DNA of 64,000 nucleotides from Octopus sinensis (lineage: Eukaryota), in contig NC_043017.1 in assembly GCF_006345805.1 (NCBI RefSeq), positions 25,854,001 to 25,918,000 of the forward strand, written 5' to 3'. How positions within the stretch are numbered: the stretch's first letter is position 1; the number at the start of each line of letters is the position of its first letter. Made by a program: the position numbers and the translations under genes. The notes under the pieces were generated by a model. The model was not told the origin of the DNA and ran no database searches. It saw only the letters and a list, made by a program, of their open reading frames with translations. Below are positions 46,741 through 59,207 of the stretch, piece by piece.

Positions 46741-46928
46741 GTTGTTGTTGTTGTTGTTATTATTATTATTATTACTATTATTATTATTACTATTATTATT
46801 ATTATTATTATTATTATGATGATGATGATGATGATGATCATCATCATCATTATTATTATCATTATTATTATTATTGTTGTTGTCGTTATTATTATTACTA
46901 TTATTATTATTATCATTATTATGCTCAC

Positions 46929-47004
46929 GGGCATATGGCGTCGTGGTTAAGAGTGTGGGCTACTAACCCCAACATTCCGAGTTCGATTCCAGGCAGTTAC
47001 CTGA
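46929..47004 (+). mobile_element. tRNA-derived Pol III head followed by (AAT)n; SINE head, not a functional tRNA
   Basis: A-box TGGCGTCGTGG (46936-46946), B-box GTTCGATTCC (46981-46990); anticodon arm and acceptor stem pair poorly. Confidence 0.7.
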
Positions 47005-47006
47005 AT

Positions 47007-47056
<50 letters not shown>

Positions 47057-47066
47057 CATCAACAAC

Positions 47067-47112
<46 letters not shown>

Positions 47113-47379
47113 TCGTGTACATCGACAATACCATGTAGGATATCAAGTATATCCTAGAAACGATGGACAAATCTTCCAAAAGCGCTTGCAGTCTTACCTA
47201 TTCTAACATTGATTTCATTTACTGTACTTCCAATTACAATAATCCATGTTAATTGGAACTGCACGCATACTGCCTAAACTACTGTCAGTCTGAAGTCCTT
47301 GCTGTGACTTGACAGTCAGAACTGTAGAATCAATATCTTCAATCTACTACATCAGGATATTGGATATTGTGCGACGTTT

Positions 47380-47456
47380 TGGATAACAACAACAACAGCA
47401 AGAACAGCAGCAACAAGAACAACAACGTGAACAAGAAGAAGAACAAAAACAACAAC

Positions 47457-47491
<35 letters not shown>

Positions 47492-47592
47492 TGATGATAA
47501 TAATAATACTGATGATGATGATGATAATAATAATAATAATAATAATAATGATAATAATAATGATGATGATGATAATAATAATAGTAATAATA

Positions 47593-47685
<93 letters not shown>

Positions 47686-47783
47686 TAATAATAATAATAA
47701 TAAAATAATAATAATAATAATAATAATAATATAATAATAATATAATAATGATAATAATAATAATGATGATGATGATAATAATA

Positions 47784-47832
<49 letters not shown>

Positions 47833-47858
47833 TAATAATAATAATAATAATAATAATA

Positions 47859-47903
<45 letters not shown>

Positions 47904-47931
47904 TAATAATAATAATAATACTAATACTAAC

Positions 47932-47972
<41 letters not shown>

Positions 47973-48030
47973 TAATAATAATAATAATACTAATACTAAC
48001 AATAATAATAATAATAATAATAATAATAAT
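47380..48030. repeat. (AAC)n/(AAT)n/(GAT)n microsatellite
   Basis: Seen directly. Confidence 0.95.
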
Positions 48031-48035
48031 CGTGT

Positions 48036-48445
48036 AGGCGCAGGAGTGGCTGCGTGTTAAGTAGCTTGCTTACCAGCCATATGATTCCGGGTTCAGTCCC
48101 AGTGCGAGGCACCTTGGGCAAAGTGTCTTCTACTATAGCCTCGGGCCGAATAAAGCCTTGTGAGTGAATTTGGTAGATGGAAACTGAAAATAAGCCCGTC
48201 GTATATATGTAAATGTATATACATGTGTGTGTATGTTTGTGTGTCTGTCTTTGTCCCTCCCCAAATCGCTTAACAACCGATGCTGGTCTGTTTACATCCG
48301 CGTAACGTAGCGGTTTGATAGAATAGTTACTAGACTTACAAAGAATAAGTCCTGGGGTCGATTTGCTCGAATAAAGGGCGGTGCTCCAGCATTGCCACAG
48401 ACAAATGCCTGAAAGAGGTAAAAGAGTAAAAGAGAGTAAAAGAAT
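48036..48445 (+). mobile_element. SINE family A, diverged full length
   Basis: Head, body and tail. Confidence 0.88.
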
Positions 48446-48711
48446 AAAAGAAGAAGAAGACGAAGAAAAAGATGCAGCATAAAAAACACAAAAGCAACAA
48501 CAACAGTAACAAAGATGATAATAATTTTTCCTGTGGTAATTGGTGGACTTGGTCGCAGCCAAACCACAACCTAAGGGACTGATAATTACTGAGACTCAGG
48601 GATAAGATGGAGATAGTCAGAAAGTAGAATCTCACATTCTGCAAAAAATTGTATAAGGATTCTTGAAGAGAGCTGCCCCACCCCAAAATCTGCAGAGAAT
48701 GTAACTGCAAT

Positions 48712-49053
48712 GGAAAATGGTGGTGGTGAACCCCTTCGGTCAGGCACTGACTATGGGTTTGCACCTAGAGAGTTACCCTCTAAGGCACAAGTCTGGGCAA
48801 GGTTCTTTTATGGAAAACCAGCAGTCGCCCATGCATACCGGCCTCCCCTCTCCACGTCACCGATGTTGTCCAAGGGAAAGGCAAAAGGGTCCGATACAGC
48901 TTGGCACCTGTGACGTCGCAACTCATTTCTACAGCTGAGTGAACTGGAGCAACGTGAAATAAAGTGTCTTGCTCAAGAACACAACACGCAGCCCGGTCCG
49001 GGATTCGAGCTCACAACCTCACGATCGTAAGCTCGACGCTCTAACCACTGAGC
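48712..49053 (-). mobile_element. SINE family D (tRNA head with CTTGAGCAAGACAC conserved-domain-like motif)
   Basis: Reverse complement GCTCAGTGGTTAGAGCGTCG...GAGCTCGAATCCCGG...GTGTTCTTGAGCAAGACAC; single copy here. Confidence 0.75.
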
Positions 49054-49358
49054 ACGTAATAAATCTAATTGTCGTTTGTTTCTGTATATCAGTGGCAATG
49101 GTTCGATGAGATTCTAAACATTAGTAAGTCGTGTTTTATAGGAAAAATTATCAAAGAACGAGAAATGTCGATGGAGAGATAACGTATAAAAAAAGATTGA
49201 AGTAAATTACAATTGAGTCATAAAATGCATAATTCCATTAAAAAATGAGTGCAGTTTCTACTAAACCATGTAATAAATAAGATATAAAGTAAGTAAAATC
49301 TGAGGAAAAAACACTTGTTTCGTTCCCGTACAAAGCAGGGAAACATATCTCCGAATGT

Positions 49359-49785
49359 AAGGCGGCGAGCTGGCAGAAACGTTAGCACACCGCGCGAAAT
49401 GCTTAGCTGTATTTCGTCTGCCGCTACGTTCTGAGTTCAAATTCCGCCGAAGTCTACTTTTCCTTTCATCCTTTCGGGGTCAATTAAATAAGTACCAGTT
49501 ACGCAATGGGGTCGATATAATCGACTTAATCCTTTTGTCTGTCCTTGTTTGTCCTCTCTGTGTTTAGCTCCTTGTTGGTAGTAAAGAAATAGGTATTTCG
49601 CCTGCCGTTACGTTCTGAGTTCAAATTTCGCCGAGGTCTACTTTTCCTTTCATCCTTTCGGGGTCGATAAATTAAGTACCAGTTTCGCACTAGGGTCGAT
49701 GTAATCGACTCAATCACTTTGTCTGTACTTGTTTGTACCCTCTATGTTTTTCCCCTTGTGCGCAATAAGAAAATAAGAAACACAT
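49359..49785 (+). mobile_element. SINE family B head-to-tail dimer
   Basis: Second unit starts at aaataggtatttcgcctgccg (about 49590) and lacks the first ~45 nt. Confidence 0.88.
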
Positions 49786-50334
49786 CGACTATTTTATCTT
49801 GAGCTTCTGTTTCGATTATCAATTGAAACCGATGCAAATAATGAACCCTGTGAAAGTAAGGATGCGCTGGGAGAAATGCTGCTAGGTAGATAGTTTCACA
49901 AACACATCGAAATATTGGTTTTCATGCTTTGCCATACGCTTAGCTCCAGACGTGATATTCAAAGTGAGAAAACGTGTGTGTGTTTTAACGCTTTTGGATA
50001 TTAAGCTCTGAGCACTAATGCTGGATTTAATATTGCGTGTTAGTATATTGAATGTTATGCAGCAGGGAAGCACTGCAGCATATATATGCGAGGAGAAGCT
50101 ATTGATCATATTTAAGCAGACTGCGAAATATCTTAAGGAATACAGAAGGAATACAAGCGATGTTTCGATAATGTTCTAACCCTGTACTAATAAAAAGAAA
50201 TGGAAAGAAAACTTGAGATGAACGACAGAAACATGTACCAGACAAGATCTTCAAAATGTTTCTAAATTAACTGTTAGACCAAACCAACAATGGGATATTT
50301 CAAAAAGGAAATGCTTCATAAGGTATACTTTTTT

Positions 50335-50635
50335 CTAATCTAGGCACGAGGCCAGAAATTTTTGGGGAGGGGGAACAGTGAGTTAGATCGCCCTAAGTAT
50401 GCAACTGGTACTTAATTTATCGACCCCGAAAGGATGAAAGGCAAAGTCGATCTCTGCGGAATTTGAACTCAGAATGTAAAGACAGACGAAAGATCGCTAA
50501 GCTTTTCGCACGGTGTGCTAAGGTTTCTTATTTCTTTATTGCCCACAAGGGGCTAAACATAGAGGGGACAAACAAGGACAGACAAAGGGATTAAGTCGAT
50601 TAGTTCGACCCCCACTGCGTAATTGGTACGAGCGA
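50335..50635 (-). mobile_element. SINE family B, two joined copies
   Basis: Tail aataaagaaataagaaac joins head ...cttagcacaccg at about 50520. Confidence 0.8.
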
Positions 50636-50726
50636 AATACCAGTAGCAGCAGCAGTAATGTTAGTAGTAATGGTAGTAGATGTATTATTATTATTATTAG
50701 TAGTAGTAGTAGTTGTTGTAGTAGTG

Positions 50727-50767
<41 letters not shown>

Positions 50768-50879
50768 TGTACCACGACCACCACGACCACCACTACTACT
50801 AATTATATTAATAACGTGGAAAATACATTGCGTCAATAGTGAAGAAGAGGAAAAAATCATCAGATCTGTTAGTCTTTAA

Positions 50880-51330
50880 TGAAATCAATAACCGCAGAAA
50901 ACCAGAAAAGTTTGACAATGCTTCAGAATCATTGAAGAACAACAAGAAATGTATCTGAAAATCAAAGACCGTCTGAAACAATAGTTCCTAACGCAACAGC
51001 AAAGAATCTTTCGTTATGAAAAGCGGCATCGATTCATTGATTAAAACCAAACGTTTTGACACCAACCGAAACGAGTTCATCAAGTACTAAGAATAAAAGA
51101 GAATTCAATGCAATATTGGTAACCAAAGAATGAAAAAGAGTTTGGGGTATGACAACTGACAACAAAGGAATCGCCGTAGACCCGATCTTCGTAACATACA
51201 AAAACACAACAGTCGATCTGTTTAAAGAACAATCAAGGATTTTATATAAGTATGTTATCATTCCAGATTCCTGTGTAAAATATTTAACTGCGATTCCAGT
51301 GAAAACAACGGCAGGGAACTTACTTTATTT
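50880..51330 (+). pseudogene. Possible ancient R4-like ORF remnant (pre-RT region)
   Basis: KDRLKQ*FLTQQQRIFRYEKRHRFID*NQTF resembles the KQK...RY...QN..F region of R4/Dong ORFs; stops present. Confidence 0.35.
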
Positions 51331-51454
51331 ACATTTGGCGGATATTTGTCCTTAACTTGTTTGTTGTTAACACAACGTTTCAGCTGATTTTCCCTCCAGC
51401 CTTCACGTGTCTTGGAGAAATTTCGAACCTGGGTTCTCATTACAAAGGTATTAC

Positions 51455-51455
<1 letters not shown>
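51325..51455 (-). mobile_element. Repeat family HH-1 with hammerhead-like fold, core deleted (51369-51411)
   Basis: Minus strand GACAC GTGA A GGCTG GAGGGAAAAT CAGCT GAAAC GT T GTGTT. Confidence 0.7.
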
Positions 51456-51526
<71 letters not shown>

Positions 51527-51533
51527 ATTATTA

Positions 51534-51594
<61 letters not shown>

Positions 51595-51742
51595 CATTAT
51601 TATTATTATTATTTTTTATATTATTATTATTATTATTATTCAGTAGTTTCATTTTTTTTTTTATAGCGTGCTTTCACTTCACTACCGAGCGCAGCTCTGT
51701 GTGCCTTGGGTATGTGCTGTGATTTGTGTGATGCTCTGATGG

Positions 51743-52096
51743 TTATTGTATGGAAAGTGTTCTACGTAGGATGTGTGCAGTGCCTAGTAGTGCAATTTTC
51801 TGTATGTTATATGTGTTTGTAAGTCCTGGTGTTTTTGTTATGTATTTGTCTGAATATTTTTTTATCATGCCTAATGCACCTACTATGATAGGAATTGTTT
51901 CTGTTTTCAGATTCCACATTCTGGTTACCTCTATTTCCAGGTCTTTGTATTTTGAGAGTTTCTCCATTTCTTTTAGAGACGCGTTGTTATCTGCCGGTAC
52001 TGATACATCAATTAGAAAGCATTTTTTTTCTTCATGGTCTCTGACAACTATATCTGGTCTGTTGGCCTTAATTTCTCTATCTGTGTGTATCGACAT
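51743..52096 (-). pseudogene. PD-(D/E)xK restriction-like endonuclease domain of the R4/Dong element
   Basis: TDREIKANRPDIVVRDHEEKKCFLIDVSVP...KEMEKLSKYKDL...PIIVGALG. Confidence 0.9.
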
Positions 52097-53219
52097 ATCC
52101 CAGAGTATGGTTGCTTTCTCGTTTTCTGTGACCTTTTCTGTGGGTGTGCCTATACCATCTTTTTTCTGTTGTTATTCCATAATGTTGGCATAGCTTCCAA
52201 TGTATGTAGGTTCCAACTCTGTCATGTCTGTGATATATTCCTTCTTAGCCAGGACTGGGCAGCTAGAGATAATATGATTATTGTTTTCTTGTCCATCTCC
52301 ACATATTCTGCAGTTACTTGTAATATTCTTTTCATTACATGTTTTTGGTAATTTCTGGTGGGGAGGTTTGGTCTTGTGCTGCAATTAAAAATCCCTCTGT
52401 TTCTGCTTTGAGTCCTGAGCTTCTCAACCATTGCTGGGATTTTTCTTTGTCTATTTCTTTTGCGTTTAGTTTAGTGCAGTATTTACCATGAAGGGGCTTT
52501 TCTTGCCATCGTTTTATCATGGTTCGTTGCTGTTCTATTTTAAGTTTGGATTTCATTTGTTTATAGCTTTTGTTGTTTCTTCATCTTCTTCTCTTCTTCT
52601 TTCTTCATGTTTATTAGGTGGTATGATTTCTTGTTTGTATTTGTCAGCTTCCTTAAATACTGAGAACAGTTTTTTTGTTTTGCTCGTGTTTTGCCGCTAT
52701 CTGGATCAGTTTTCCTTCCTTCTGAAGTAGATATTTTTGCAGTCCTATGGTGGTTATTTTATAGTAGTTTTCCAGCTGTATAAGGCCTCTACCACCTTCT
52801 ATACGTTGTATATATAGTCTTTCTATGTCAGATTTTGGGTGATGCATCCTAGATCCTGTCATTATTTTTCTTGTTTTCCTGTCTATTTTGGTCAGTTCAT
52901 TTCGTGTCCAGTTAAGGATATTGTAGCTGTAACTTATAACTGGGACAGCTAAAGTGTTGATACCTATTATCTTGTTTTTTAGCATTGAGCTCTGTGTTTA
53001 GTATTGATCTAACTCGTCTATAATATTCTTTTTTTATTTTCTCTTTCATTTGTGTGTGTTGTGTCTTATCTAGTTCATGGATTCCTAAGTATTTGTAAGT
53101 TTGGCTTGGTCTAATTTTTTTATTTCATTTGCTTCATCTAGTGTGATGTTTGTTACTCTTAACTAGTTTTCCTCTTTTCATGGTTACTTTGGCGCATTTT
53201 TCTAATCCAAATTTCATAT

Positions 53220-53972
53220 CTATTCTTTGGTAAATCCATGAACTGTCTTTAATAGTGTTTCCAGCTGTTTGTCATTTGCAGCGTATAGTTTTAGGTCATC
53301 CATATATAAAAGGTGGCTGATCGTTTTGCCGTAACATTTATATCCGCATCCAGTTCTATTTAGCATATCAGATAGAGGTGACAGTGCCAAGCAGAAAAGG
53401 AGTGGAGAGAGCGTATCTCCCTGGAATATTCCTCTTCTAATGGGGATGTCTTTGGTTTTCATGAGTCCCTCTTTTGTTTGGAGGTGTAGGACTGTTTGCC
53501 ATTTATTCATAGTGTGCTCTATGAATTTTATGATTGTTGGTGCTACTTTGTTAATGGCTAGTGTTTCGAGGATCCATGTGTGGGGGATGCTATCAAACGC
53601 CTTTTTGTAGTCAATCCAGGCCATACTGAGGCCTTTCTTCTTTCTGTGGCTGTCTTCAGTTATGGCTTTATTAATCATTAGTTGATCTTTACAGCCATAT
53701 GAGCCTTTGCGGCATCCTTTCTGCTCTTCTGGGAACAGTTTGTTTTCGTCCAGGTGCTTGTTCAGCCTTTGTGATATCACTGCAGTAAATGCCTTGAACA
53801 TAGTAGGGAGGCAGGTTATTGGTCTGTAGTTTTCTGGTTTTTCTGTTTCATTTGATTTGGGAATTAAGATGGTTTTCCCCTTCGTGAGCCATTCAGGCAT
53901 TGTTTCTGGCTCTGCTAGTACGTTGTTAAAGTTTTCAGCCAGCTTTTTGTGCATTCCTGTTAGATATTTCAA
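53220..53972 (-). pseudogene. Reverse transcriptase domain of the R4/Dong element
   Basis: NYRPITCL, EQKG, WIDYKKAFDSIPH, GIFQGDTLSPLLF, YMDDLKL motifs; frame breaks after GFTKE. Confidence 0.92.
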
Positions 53973-53990
53973 CCAGAAGTTGGGGATCTT

Positions 53991-54205
<215 letters not shown>

Positions 54206-54578
54206 AGGTTGGAATAACCGTCTAAGGGATGAAAATATCCGTTTTACCATCGATATAAATTACCTGTGGTATCCCTGGGCATACATATGCAGGCATCTTA
54301 TGCTCATAGATTACAGGCAATGACAAGGATAAACATGAGTTTATCAGGAATTAAATATAAAATAAACTGAAAATTATGTGTCACCAAATATGATGAATAT
54401 TAGTATAAGAATTTTCAGTGGCAATACAGTAGAATATTGGAAACAGAAACAGCTGTTAGATGGGATACAGTGTATTTGTATTAAAAAGTTATAAATGATG
54501 TTAGTCAATTGTTGTTGATCAATATTTATCCGTTTTCTAATTACTTTAAATCATATATATATATACATATATATACAC

Positions 54579-54659
<81 letters not shown>

Positions 54660-55350
54660 AATATATTTATCGGATTCCAGTCTTCACCGCGAGTTGGGAT
54701 TAATCTTCTCTCTTCGATCCTTTGCGACACATGGACTCAAATCTCATCCCCTCTTCATCGAACCCTCTTCTCTCTCCTCCCTCCCCCCACACCTCTCATC
54801 TCTTGTTCTGGCACCTACTTCCTCTCTTCACTACTACCCATCTCCCTTTTACCCTCTTCCTTCATCGTCACCCTCCCTCGTTACCCCGCCCTACTCATTC
54901 CAACACTACCATCCCTATACATTCCAGCCCACTTCCACCCTGTCCTTCAGACCCCCACCCTTGCTTCCCACACTCTCGCCTCCCCCACACCCCAACACCA
55001 CGACACCACATCACACCACCAGCGCACACACTAGCACTGACCACTTTCCCGCACCTACATCACATACAAACGCACGCGCACCTTCATTTTGGAACCACCA
55101 CTAATTTATTATCTCCCGTGATTCCTAGCTCTCCTGTATAACCCCTCTGTCCGGGATTCGCCATGATAGATCACTAGCCGCCAAGCCTTTTCTATTTTCT
55201 GTCCGGTTTTATTTCTGTGTTCATTTCTGTCGAACAGCGTAGGCTCGAAACGTAAAAGAATTTCTCACATCCCCAACGTTAAAATAATACATCTGCTTGC
55301 TGTTTACACATCCGTCTTCGTCTTTTGTTTTGTTTTGTAAATTTTCACTC
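54660..55350 (+). mobile_element. Probable Penelope-like 3' remnant: C-rich tract plus HH-2 LTR with hammerhead-like fold (55223-55258)
   Basis: 55165-55350 homologous to 38678-38862; ATTT CTGTCGA A CAGC GTAG GCTC GAAAC GT A AAAG; the Penelope assignment is inference. Confidence 0.55.
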
Positions 55351-56163
55351 TCTGTCCCTCCCCCTCTCTCTTTCTCTCTCTCTTTCTCTCTGCATATATA
55401 TATATATATAGATATATATATATATATGTTTGTATGTACGTTCTCTTTTCGCTACAAATAACCTCGAGTTTATAATTGTGGGAAAATACGGCATTCCTGA
55501 TTGACGCTAATAATTCAATGACGAAATCTGTGAATCACTGTATGTTGAAGACTCCCTGTAAACATTAACTGATAAAACTGCCAAACAGCAGTCATACTGG
55601 TTGAGATAACTCCAATAATGTAAATTTGAAAAGGGATTTGTTGTATCGTTTTGTGAAATTCAAATAAGGCTAACGAGCTATGAAATGCAACAAGAAATCG
55701 AATAATCAATTTGCATGAACGCTCGGTTGAAGTTGACATAGTTACAAAAGGTGATTGTTTTAGAAAACATGTCATTTTACAAATAATTAGTAGAGACATT
55801 CTGACCCCGCTCTTGTAATTCGCTCTTACACAATTACGGCTTCCATTTTCAGCGATTTTCATAACGACACTCCATAAATCGTAAGGTGAATATTGAGTAA
55901 AATTTGTCTGTTATATCAAGTGAAATTTGTGTAATTGCTTAAATTTGCATGTTGTTTTGTCAAGAAGTACACAATGTTGTTATTGTTATAAAGAAATATG
56001 CAAATGAAATGGGAACAAACATTAGACACGAAGGTTTTACAGTGATTAACTTAGGTTTTTTTTCTTTTCTCCGTAATTATTATGACGTATCGGCATACAT
56101 CTGTTTATTGTCCACACACCGTCTTCGCCTTTTGTTCTTTTGTATATTCTCTCTCTCTCTCTC

Positions 56164-56202
<39 letters not shown>

Positions 56203-56555
56203 GGCAGAAACGTTAGCACGCTGGGCGAAATGCGTAGCTGTATTTCGTCTGTCGTCACGTTCGAGTTCAAATTCCGCCAAGGTCGACGTTAGTTCACATA
56301 ATGTCTTCATCCGTAGTGTCTGCCTTGTCTGTCCTCCCTGTGTTTAGCCCGTTGTGGGTAGTAAAGAAGTAGGTATTTCATCTGCCGTTACGTTCTGAGT
56401 TCAAATTTCGCCGAGGTTGACTGTGCCTTTCATCCTTTCGGGGTCGATGAATTAAGTACCAGTTACACACTGGGGTCGATATAATCGACTTAATCCGTTT
56501 GTCTGTCCTTGGTTTGTCCCGTCTGTGTTTAGCCCCTTGTGGGTAGTAAAAGAAA
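56203..56555 (+). mobile_element. SINE family B with an extra ~140-nt segment
   Basis: Compare the monomer at 57520-57735. Confidence 0.85.
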
Positions 56556-56582
56556 TATATATATATATATATATATATATGA

Positions 56583-56634
<52 letters not shown>

Positions 56635-56640
56635 GTGTAT

Positions 56641-56675
<35 letters not shown>

Positions 56676-56693
56676 GATATATATATATATATA

Positions 56694-56738
<45 letters not shown>

Positions 56739-57477
56739 TGTATGTACGTTCTCTTTTCGCTACAAATAACCTCGAGTTAATAATTGTGGGAAAATACGGC
56801 ATTCCTGATTGACGCTAATAATTCAATGACGAAATCTGTGAATCACTGTATGTTGAAGACTCCCTGTAAACATTAACTGATAAAACTGCCAAACAGCAGT
56901 CATACTGGTTGAGATAACTCCCAATAATGTAATTTTGAAAAGGGATTTGTTGTAATCGTTTTGTGAAATTCAAATAAGGCTAACGAGCTATGAAATGCAA
57001 CAAGAAATCGAATAATCAATTTGCATGAACGCTCGGTTGAAGTTGACATAGTTACAAAAGGTGATTGTTTTAGAAAACATGTCATTTTACAAATAATTTA
57101 GTAGAGACATTCTGACCCCGCTCTTGTAATTCGCTCTTACACAATTACGGCTTCCATTTTCAGCGATTTTCATAACGACACTCCATAAATCGTAAGGTGA
57201 ATTATTGAGTAAAATTTGTCTGTTTATATCAAGTGAAATTTGTGTAATTGCTTAAATTTGCATGTTGTTTTGTCAAGAAGTACACAATGTTGTTATTGTT
57301 ATAAAGAAATATGCAAATGAAATGGGACAAACATTAGACACGAAGGTTTTACAGTGATTAACTTAGGTTTTTTTTCTTTTCTCCGTAATTATTATGACGT
57401 ATCGGCATACATCTGTTTATTGTCCACACACCCGTCTTCGCCTTTTGTTCTTTTGTATATTCTCTCTCTCTCTCTCT

Positions 57478-57519
<42 letters not shown>

Positions 57520-57735
57520 GGCAGAAACGTTAGCACGCTGGGCGAAATGCGTAGCTGTATTTCGTCTGTCGTCACGTTCCGAGTTCAAATTCCGCCAAGG
57601 TCGACTTTGCCTTTCATCCTTTCGGGGTCGATGAATTAAGTACCAGTTACACACTGGGGTCGATATAATCGACTTAATCCGTTGTCTGTCCTTGTTTGTC
57701 CCGTCTGTGTTTAGCTCCTTGTGGGTAGTAAAAGA
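57520..57735 (+). mobile_element. SINE family B monomer
   Basis: ggcagaaacgttagcacg...tgtgggtagtaaaagaaat. Confidence 0.88.
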
Positions 57736-57760
57736 AATATATATATATATATATATATGA

Positions 57761-57810
<50 letters not shown>

Positions 57811-57851
57811 TATATATATATATATATATGTGTATATATATATAATATATA

Positions 57852-57891
<40 letters not shown>

Positions 57892-58319
57892 TATATATTA
57901 TATACATATATATATATATATACATATATATATTTATCGAAGCCGAAATTTGAACTCAGAACGTAATGGCAGATTAAAATATCTATTTGTTTACTACCCA
58001 CAAATTAATTTGTTGATACATGTTTTTATACGTATTAATCCTATTGAATTGTATCACTGTCTTTATGACTTCTCCATTCTTCGCTGCTGCCGTCAATGAG
58101 GAAAACGGAATGGCGTGCGGTATTATCTTACTGCTACTTCTGTTACTAATATTGTTTCTGATCAAGTGACGAGGACCAGAATTTTGAGTAGAGGGATGAA
58201 AGAGCCCGTTGGTCTGGCCATGGTTTCACAATAGTTTGTTTACTGCTATTCTAGAGCTTCATCCAATATTCCTTACTATAATAATGGCTTTAAAAATTAG
58301 CACAAGACCAGCAATTACA

Positions 58320-58920
58320 AGAGAGCGTGTATGTCTGTTACATGTACCTCAGTACTTAATTTGTAAGTCAATGGAAGGCAAAATCGACATCGACGGAATT
58401 TGAACTTCGAGCATAAAGTCCAATGAAATGCCCCGAAGCATTTTCCCCATCATGTTAACGATTCTGCCAGTCGTTACCTAGAAGTTGGGTTCAAAGTTTG
58501 GTACAAGGCCAACAATTGCTGGGGAGTGGTTAAGTCAATTATACTGATCCCTGTGTTCCACTGGTAGTTATTTTATCGACCGTAGAAGATGTTGACTCCA
58601 GCGGACCTTGAACCCAGAACGGAAACACTGCTAGGCATTTCAGCCGATGTGCGAACTATTGTGAGAGCTCACCGTCTTAATCTTCACTACAATATTTATT
58701 TCTTTACTACCCACAAGGGGCTAAACATAGAGAGGACAGACAAACGGGTTGAGTCGATTACATCGACCCCAGTGCGTAACTGGTACTTAATTTATCGACC
58801 CCGAAAGGATGAAAGGCAAAGTCGACCTCGGCGGAATTTGAACCCAGAAGGTAACGGCAGACGAAATACAGCTACGCATTTCGCCCGGCGCGCTAACGTT
58901 TCTGCCAGCTCGCCGCCCTA
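58320..58920 (-). mobile_element. Three SINE family B copies in series (two old, one well preserved at 58695-58920)
   Basis: Repeated ttatcgaccccgaaaggatgaaaggcaaagtcgac-like cores. Confidence 0.82.
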
Positions 58921-59207
58921 TGACTACAATATTAACAATATTATCACTACAATATTATCATTTACAGTCAGTCGTCGGTATGACTTTTCATGGGTTTGGC
59001 ATGAATTGATAAGCCTTCTCCATACTGTCCCGTTTTACGTTTTAGTTTCCCATTTATCTATGATCATTTCCTCTGCACTTCATACTATATTTTTGCAATA
59101 TCTTTGAAAGTCAGTCTAGATTTTTCATGGTTTCTTTACTCCTTGCATATTTGGGTGTAAAGGTACTTAATTTATCGACCCCGAAAGGATGAAAGGCAAA
59201 GTCTGGG

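Larger units (their letters stand above)
51641..53990 (-). mobile_element. 5'-truncated R4/Dong-clade non-LTR retrotransposon inserted in microsatellite
   Basis: RT domain, CRICG...HIISSC zinc knuckle, RPDIVV...LIDVSVP restriction-like endonuclease, short 3' UTR abutting (TAA)n; 5' end merges into (GAA)n. Confidence 0.93.
55427..57935. repeat. Near-identical tandem duplication, ~1.3-kb unit; possible assembly artefact
   Basis: tgtttgtatgtacgttctc at 55427 and 56735; copies differ mostly by 1-nt indels. Confidence 0.92.

Noticed and set aside
46929-47004. tRNA gene
   Set aside because: A and B boxes are present but the cloverleaf does not close; it runs into (AAT)n like a SINE head. The same applies to the heads of SINEs A, C and D
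55515-55862. 115-aa minus-strand ORF
   Set aside because: No recognisable domain or convincing splice sites; frameshifted in the duplicate copy
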